From: Candidatus Bathyarchaeota archaeon
Lineage (GTDB): Archaea > Thermoproteota > Bathyarchaeia > Hecatellales > Hecatellaceae
Assembly: GCA_052246995.1 (NCBI GenBank)
Contig: JBQPWD010000001.1
Coordinates: 142,652-206,651 of the forward strand
DNA length: 64,000 nucleotides
Direction: 5' to 3'
Shown: piece after piece, positions 58,434-64,000 of the stretch
Numbering within the stretch: position 1 is the first letter of the stretch
Layout: the number at the start of each line of letters is the position of its first letter
Notes under the pieces: generated by a model
Databases searched by the model: none
Seen by the model: the letters and a program-made list of their open reading frames with translations, nothing else
Told to the model about the DNA's origin: nothing
Translations under genes and position numbers: made by a program

Positions 58434-58790
58434 ATGGTTGTTGTAGGTAGGAAGAGTATTAAGCTTCCATTTATTGGTAAAGAAAAGTTTATTGAGCTTA
58501 TGAAGGTAGGTTTAGGTTATGACCATGCAACAAAAACATTTTATATTCAAAATTTAAGTTATATTGACAGGCTAAAAGCTACTCTCTCAGAAATATTCAA
58601 CGACGAGGTTATTTTTGCTCAAGTATGCTTAATTTGTGGTAGAGTTTTCCCATGTAGTGATTGCGAATTTTTTAATGAGTGTAAAAGTAATAATTATCCG
58701 TCTTACTGTATTTGTAAAAGTTGTATGGAGAAACCTAACTTATTCACCCTTTACGTTAGTAAAAGTAAAAAATTTATTGGTTACGGGTAG
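58434..58790 (+). CDS. Cys-rich (predicted metal-binding) small protein embedded in the replication cluster
   Basis: 118 aa. The C-terminal half holds 9 Cys: CLICGRVFPCSDCEFFNECKSNNYPSYCICKSCMEKP. Tightly spaced between rfcL and gins15. No recognised family. Confidence 0.45.
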   Translation: MVVVGRKSIKLPFIGKEKFIELMKVGLGYDHATKTFYIQNLSYIDRLKATLSEIFNDEVIFAQVCLICGRVFPCSDCEFFNECKSNNYPSYCICKSCMEKPNLFTLYVSKSKKFIGYG

Positions 58791-58804
58791 TAAAAGCTTT
58801 AGGG

Positions 58805-59359
58805 ATGGTTTCTTACTTGAACCCATTTAAAATCTCAGATATTAAGTTTGAAAATAGTATGGTTAAGCTTGTAGCCATCAAAAGTATACCTAAACTCTCC
58901 ATCGGAGATGAGCAGGTAGGGCCTGTTGATGAGAACGAGTATTTTGAAACAAGATACTGGGTCGCTGAGGAGCTTGTTAAAAACGGATTTGCTAAAATTG
59001 TTTCAGGCGAGGATAAGCTTGAAATGGTTGATATTCAAAAAGCCCAAATCGTTGAAACAATTCAAAGTCCAAGACATGTGGCATCTTTACCAAAAAACTT
59101 TTATGCTAGACTTAGAAGGTTCTTAAAAAATTTAAAGAATGAAAGTTTTTCTAATCCTGATAAAAAAGCTGAGTTTCAAAAAGCTTTCCAGCTTGCAATG
59201 GATATTGTCACTAGTAGGATAAACAAGATTTTGATATTATCATCAATCCGCGAGAAGGATGAAAGTATACTTAAAAATCTGACATTTGAGGAGAGATTTT
59301 TGTTTGAAAAAGTTTATGAAGAGGTTAACAGGTGGAGAAATAGTGTTTTTGATTTTTAG
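58805..59359 (+). CDS. gins15: GINS complex subunit Gins15 (Gins51)
   Basis: 184 aa. LPKNFYARLRRFLKNL is the characteristic Gins15 helix. Directly upstream of mcm, as in Thermococcales. Confidence 0.7.
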   Translation: MVSYLNPFKISDIKFENSMVKLVAIKSIPKLSIGDEQVGPVDENEYFETRYWVAEELVKNGFAKIVSGEDKLEMVDIQKAQIVETIQSPRHVASLPKNFYARLRRFLKNLKNESFSNPDKKAEFQKAFQLAMDIVTSRINKILILSSIREKDESILKNLTFEERFLFEKVYEEVNRWRNSVFDF

Positions 59360-59372
59360 AGGCTGATGTTTA

Positions 59373-61418
59373 ATGGTTGAAGTATCCCTTAAAAACCCGC
59401 AAGAAAGATTTCAAGAATTTTTTAAGATTGAGAAGTATCGTAACCTTATTAAACAAATGGCTCTTACCGATAGAAGCTCTATTACCATAGATTTTTTTGA
59501 CCTTTTAGATTTTGACTCAATGCTTGCAAAAGCATTACTGGAGAAACCTGAGAAATTTCTTAATGAATATGCTGTTGAAGCATTAAGGTCTCAGCTTAAA
59601 ATTGAGGATAAAGAGTATGCTGAACTTGTTGAAAAGTTTTATGTGCGTGTTAAGGGGTTACCTGAAAAAACGTCTTTAAGAAGTATAGGGGCTAAACATG
59701 TTGGTAAGCTTATCTCATTTGATGGAATAGTTGTTAGATCTACACCAGCTCGTCCTCTACTTACCGAGGCGTTATTTAAATGTAGATGTGGTCAACTTAT
59801 ATCTGTTCCTCAGGATGGACTTTTTATCAAACGTCCATTAAAATGTCCAAACTGTGCAAGAGATAAGGAAAGTGGATTTGAGCTTGATGTTGAAAAATCT
59901 AATTTCATAAGCTTTCAAGAGCTGAGAGTTCAGGAAAGACCAGAAGAACTGCCACCAGGGCAGCTCCCAAGATATGTTGATGTTTTTGTTGTTGATGAGC
60001 TTGTTGATGTTTCTAGACCTGGTGATAGGGTTGTTGTTACAGGCATTGTTAAAGCTAGACCTGAAGTTTTACCTGGTAAAGGTAAGTTAAGGTCTTTTCT
60101 AACCTATATTGAAGCGAACAATATTGAAACCCTTGGAAAAGAGCTTGAAACAATTGAAATTTCCCATGAAGATGAGAAAAAAATTTTGGAAATTGCTAAA
60201 AGAGACTTTGTTCATAAGGATATCATAGATTCTATAGCTCCGTCAATCTATGGTTATGATGATATCAAGGAAGCTATAATGTATCTACTTTTTGGTGGAG
60301 TTTCCAAAACTACACCTGAGGGTAATACTATAAGAGGAGATATTCATGTTCTCCTTATTGGTGATCCTGGAACAGCTAAATCTCAACTTTTAAAGTATGT
60401 TGCAAGGATTGCTCCAAGAGGAATTTATACTAGTGGTAGAGGTACAACTGCCGCAGGATTAACTGCCGCTGTTTTGAGGGAGAAAGCTGGGGGGATGGTT
60501 TTAGAAGCTGGTGCCCTGGTTTTGGCTGATAAAGGTGTTGCAGCTGTAGATGAGATTGATAAGATGAGGGATGAGGACAGGGTTGCAATGCATGAGATGA
60601 TGGAACAGCAAACTGTTAGTGTTGCTAAAGGTGGTATTGTTGCTATGCTTAATGCTCGAACGTCGATTCTCGCTGCCGCCAACCCTACACATGGTAGGTA
60701 TGAAGATAGACTTTCAGTTGCGGATAACATAAACCTTCCAGTGGTTATTCTTTCAAGGTTTGATTTAATATTTATTCAGCGAGATATTCCTGAAAAAAAT
60801 GTTGATGAAAAACTTTCAGAGCATATCTTAAATGTTCATAGAAGTGGTGGTGTTGCGGTTACTCCGCCAATTCCTCCAGACCTTCTAAGAAAATATATAA
60901 GTTATGCCCGAGCTAAAATTCATCCAAGACTTACAGATGAAGCTGTAAACCATCTTAGACAATTTTACCTTAAAATGAGGGAGCTTTCTAGTGGTGAAGG
61001 TGCACCTATAGCTATTACCCCTCGACAGCTTGAAGCATTAATCAGAATTACCGAAGCTAGAGCTAGAGCTGCTTTAAGAGAAGAAGCTACAAAAATGGAC
61101 GCTGAGGCTGCAATAAGAATTATGGAGAAGTCTTTAAGAAGTATTGGTGTTTTAAAGGAGGAAGCTGGTGTTGCAGATATAGATGTACTTATGACAGGTA
61201 AACCTGCAACTTTAAGGGATAAGATTACCACTATACTTACGCTTGTGAGTGAAATGGAAAAGGAATCTGAAAAGGTTAATCTTGAAGAACTTTATGATAA
61301 ACTTGCACAAAAACATGGTGTTGATAGAATGACCGCCGAGGATGTTATAAGAAGATTAATCAAGGAGGGAACTCTTTACTCACCAGAACCTGGATATGTT
61401 AAAAAGGCTAGGTTCTAA
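59373..61418 (+). CDS. mcm: MCM replicative helicase
   Basis: 681 aa. Zn finger CRCG...CPNC, Walker A GDPGTAKSQ, Walker B DEIDKM and arginine finger SRFDLIF. No inteins. Confidence 0.95.
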   Translation: MVEVSLKNPQERFQEFFKIEKYRNLIKQMALTDRSSITIDFFDLLDFDSMLAKALLEKPEKFLNEYAVEALRSQLKIEDKEYAELVEKFYVRVKGLPEKTSLRSIGAKHVGKLISFDGIVVRSTPARPLLTEALFKCRCGQLISVPQDGLFIKRPLKCPNCARDKESGFELDVEKSNFISFQELRVQERPEELPPGQLPRYVDVFVVDELVDVSRPGDRVVVTGIVKARPEVLPGKGKLRSFLTYIEANNIETLGKELETIEISHEDEKKILEIAKRDFVHKDIIDSIAPSIYGYDDIKEAIMYLLFGGVSKTTPEGNTIRGDIHVLLIGDPGTAKSQLLKYVARIAPRGIYTSGRGTTAAGLTAAVLREKAGGMVLEAGALVLADKGVAAVDEIDKMRDEDRVAMHEMMEQQTVSVAKGGIVAMLNARTSILAAANPTHGRYEDRLSVADNINLPVVILSRFDLIFIQRDIPEKNVDEKLSEHILNVHRSGGVAVTPPIPPDLLRKYISYARAKIHPRLTDEAVNHLRQFYLKMRELSSGEGAPIAITPRQLEALIRITEARARAALREEATKMDAEAAIRIMEKSLRSIGVLKEEAGVADIDVLMTGKPATLRDKITTILTLVSEMEKESEKVNLEELYDKLAQKHGVDRMTAEDVIRRLIKEGTLYSPEPGYVKKARF

Positions 61419-61439
61419 TTTTTATGGTGAACCCTTCCT

Positions 61440-63662
61440 ATGCGTATTGAGGAGCTTGACATTCCTGATGAACAGAAAAATATACTTTTAAAGCTTGGCT
61501 ACAGGGAACTCTACCCTCCCCAAGAGGAAGCGATTAGAAAGGGTGTTCTTGAAGGTAAATGTTTTATTCTAGCAAGTCCAACAGCATCAGGCAAAACTTT
61601 AATTGCTGAATTTTGCGCCTTAAAGCATGTTTTAGAAAAAAACGGTAAAGTTATTTATCTTGTACCCTTAAGAGCTTTAGCATCCGAAAAATACGATGAT
61701 TTTTTAAAGTATGCTAAGATTAAAAAGTCTAACGGACAGAATGTTCAAGTTGCTATTTCAACAGGTGACTATGACACAAGCGACCCCCAGCTGGCTAAGT
61801 ATGACATTATTATCGCAACAAATGAAAAGGTTGATAGTCTGTTGAGGCATAGAGCTGAATGGTTAAAAGAGGTTACCCTTGTTGTTGCAGACGAAATTCA
61901 CCTTCTAAGAGACGTTGACAGAGGGTCAACTCTTGAATTTACACTTACAGCCTTAAAAAGGTTTAACCCAAGCCTCCAAATTTTAGCTTTGAGTGCAACC
62001 ATAGGGAATGTTGAAGAAATAGCTGAATGGTTGAAGGCAGACTATGTTGTAATGGACTGGAGACCAGTTCCCTTACGAGAAGGTGTTGTATGTGGTGATG
62101 AAGCTTTATTTAAAGATGGTGCTGCAAGAAAGATTGAGCTTGTTCATCAAAACTCAACCATCAGTTTAGCTTATGATGTTGCTAAAAATGGCGGGCAGGT
62201 TTTAATCTTTGTTGATACAAGAAAAAATACTGTAGGTATTGCTCAAAAACTCTCACCGCTTATCAGAAAACTTCTTTCAAAAGGCGAATTAAAGTCACTA
62301 AAACTTGTTTCAGAACAAATTTTGATGGTTGAAGAAAAAACAAGTTTAAGCGACAATCTTGCAAAGCTTATCCAAGATGGTGTAGCTTTTCATCATGCTG
62401 GTGTTCATGCGTCTCATAGAAAAATTGTTGAAGATAACTTTAGAAAAGGCTTAATTAAAGTTATTGTTGCAACTCCAACTTTAGCCGCAGGTGTTAACCT
62501 TCCTGCAAGGTCGGTAATAGTTAACAACTATCTTCGGTATGAGCTAGGCTACGGTAGAATAGAGATACCTGTTTTAGAGTATAAGCAAATGGCTGGTAGG
62601 GCTGGTAGACCAAAATATGATAAGTTTGGTGAAGCTTTTCTTGTAGCTTCAACACTCGACGAATGTGACTATCTTATGAAATACTATGTTTGCGCTAAAC
62701 CTGAAAAAGTTTGGTCTAAGCTTGGTATTGAGAGAATTTTAAGATCTTTTGTCTTGGCGTCTATAACTTCAGGTTTCGCTAAAAAAGAGGAGGAGGTTTA
62801 CGGATTTTTTAGTGAAACCTTCTACGCTTACCAATATGGTGAAAAAATTATTCAAAAACCACTGGCCTCCGCTTTAAAATTTTTAATAGAAAATGAAATG
62901 GTTAAGTTTAAGGATGGTGGTTGGCTTAAGGCAACAACTTTCGGTAAAAGAGTTTCTGAGCTTTATATTGACCCTGAATCAGCTGTAATTCTTAAGCTTG
63001 GACTTGAAAAATGTAAGATTATTAGCGAAGTTGGGCTTTTACATTTAATTTCTCACACACCTGACATGACCCCTAAACTTTATCCATCCAGAAAAGAGGA
63101 GGAAAGGCTTATTGCCTTCTTTGAGGAGTACGCAGATAACCTCTTAATTGACCTCCCAAATATGCAGAAAAATAATGTTGATTTTGAAGTTTTTCTTGGA
63201 GAACTTAAATGTACCGAGGTTCTCTTAAGCTGGATTAGTGAAAAAAGAGAAAACGACATATTGGAATCTTATGGAGTTGAGCCTGGCGACCTTTATAGGC
63301 TTGTTGAAGTAGCTGAATGGCTTCTCTATTCGACATACGAGTTAGCTAAGCTTTTAGGTTTTAAAGATTTTCTACCAAAAATCAGCGAGCTAAGGCTTAG
63401 GATTAAACATGGTGTTAAACCTGAACTCCTACCTTTAGTTTCCATTCCAGGAATAGGTAGAATCAGAGCTAGAATGCTATACAACTCTGGATATAGGAGT
63501 CTAGAAAACCTTAAACATGCCTCGGTTACCGAGCTTACAAGAGTTCCAGGTATAGGTCAAAAACTTGCGTTAAAAATAAAAAGCGAGGTTGGAGGAACGA
63601 TTAAACGTAAAGAACTTGAAGATAAAATACCTATTCAACAATCACTATTAGAGGAGCGTTAA
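61440..63662 (+). CDS. hel308: Hel308/Hjm (Ski2-like) DNA helicase
   Basis: 740 aa. Motif I SPTASGKT, DEIH, SAT, QMAGRAGR and a C-terminal wH plus HhH domain. Confidence 0.9.
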   Translation: MRIEELDIPDEQKNILLKLGYRELYPPQEEAIRKGVLEGKCFILASPTASGKTLIAEFCALKHVLEKNGKVIYLVPLRALASEKYDDFLKYAKIKKSNGQNVQVAISTGDYDTSDPQLAKYDIIIATNEKVDSLLRHRAEWLKEVTLVVADEIHLLRDVDRGSTLEFTLTALKRFNPSLQILALSATIGNVEEIAEWLKADYVVMDWRPVPLREGVVCGDEALFKDGAARKIELVHQNSTISLAYDVAKNGGQVLIFVDTRKNTVGIAQKLSPLIRKLLSKGELKSLKLVSEQILMVEEKTSLSDNLAKLIQDGVAFHHAGVHASHRKIVEDNFRKGLIKVIVATPTLAAGVNLPARSVIVNNYLRYELGYGRIEIPVLEYKQMAGRAGRPKYDKFGEAFLVASTLDECDYLMKYYVCAKPEKVWSKLGIERILRSFVLASITSGFAKKEEEVYGFFSETFYAYQYGEKIIQKPLASALKFLIENEMVKFKDGGWLKATTFGKRVSELYIDPESAVILKLGLEKCKIISEVGLLHLISHTPDMTPKLYPSRKEEERLIAFFEEYADNLLIDLPNMQKNNVDFEVFLGELKCTEVLLSWISEKRENDILESYGVEPGDLYRLVEVAEWLLYSTYELAKLLGFKDFLPKISELRLRIKHGVKPELLPLVSIPGIGRIRARMLYNSGYRSLENLKHASVTELTRVPGIGQKLALKIKSEVGGTIKRKELEDKIPIQQSLLEER

Positions 63663-63690
63663 AAGACTTTTCTGTTTTTTAAGTTTTTAT
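63663..63690 (+). terminator. T-rich tract after hel308
   Basis: ttttctgttttttaagttttt immediately after the stop codon. Confidence 0.3.
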
Positions 63691-63860
63691 AACGTATACG
63701 TTCTTCTTCCCTTCTTTTTGCTTAAAATAATTTTTTTACATCAACCTTTCCTCAATGCTTAAACAATTTTCCCTTATTTATCACTATAACCTTCTTTTAG
63801 ATTTAGGGCGAAAAGTTTATTTAAACTGCCATTTTTGTTTAAAGTCAGTTAAATTTAGTG

Positions 63861-64000
63861 ATGGTGTTGCCGTCTTTGCCTACATGGGGATACTCTGTTA
63901 ATATCAAAGCTTTAAATAAGGAAAAAACAGCATTTGCCAGTGGTAGGGATTTAAGAATATCACCTAAAGCTGCTAGAGAAATTTGTAAAACCATTAAGGG
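63861..64000 (+). CDS. rpl22: Ribosomal protein uL22 (L22P), 3'-partial
   Basis: Translation MVLPSLPTWGYSVNIKALNKEKTAFASGRDLRISPKAAREICKTIK carries the archaeal L22 N-terminal signature (...TA.A.GR.L.ISPK.A.EIC..I). An in-frame GTG at 63858 could also be the start. The ORF runs off the window end. Confidence 0.6.
   Translation, partial: MVLPSLPTWGYSVNIKALNKEKTAFASGRDLRISPKAAREICKTIK

Overview
This 64 kb window is an AT-rich archaeal chromosomal segment. Evidence: A/V-type ATPase subunits F, A and B; Orc1/Cdc6; MCM; GINS15; RFC small and large subunits; Hel308; RpoK; class I LysRS; an archaeal ApgM; and two GC-rich tRNA-Arg genes, one carrying an intron. Genes are densely packed on both strands, usually preceded by GGAGGT-like ribosome-binding sites and often starting with TTG or GTG.

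Main blocks:
- 1..15 kb: a radical-SAM/B12-related neighbourhood (PduO-type adenosyltransferase, three radical SAM proteins, PadR), a PfkB kinase, a type II NADP-IDH, LysRS and ArgRS.
- 15..19.3 kb: a short atpF-atpA-atpB block followed by a THEP1 NTPase.
- 21.7..23.5 kb: cdc6 next to a putative origin region.
- 24.3..27.6 kb: a GC-elevated accessory island with a split beta-helix surface protein.
- 28..30 kb: a LutB/LutA-like Fe-S oxidoreductase.
- 31..35.3 kb: malic enzyme, Sir2, HIT and a bacterial-type (type I) GAPDH.
- 35.4..41.7 kb: a six-gene Na+-pump biotin-decarboxylase operon combining methylmalonyl-CoA decarboxylase (Mmd) and oxaloacetate decarboxylase (Oad) parts. Its oadA is interrupted by one in-frame TGA.
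- 42..51 kb: TldD/TldE, PGM, PyrE, a LarA homologue, a site-2 protease, a GNAT acetyltransferase and ApgM.
- 52..55.5 kb: a FucI-like isomerase, a DegT aminotransferase and LarB.
- 56..63.7 kb: a DNA-replication cluster rfcS-rfcL-(Cys-rich ORF)-gins15-mcm-hel308, followed by the start of rpl22.

Several genes show lesions or non-canonical features:
- an in-frame TGA in oadA;
- three in-frame stops splitting the beta-helix gene;
- a probable homopolymer frameshift at the THEP1 start;
- no canonical start codon for rpoK.
Together these suggest either draft-quality sequence or real gene decay. No CRISPR array or obvious mobile element was seen. Coordinates come from the supplied ORF track and manual reading; all functional calls rest on motif recognition by eye, since no searches could be run.
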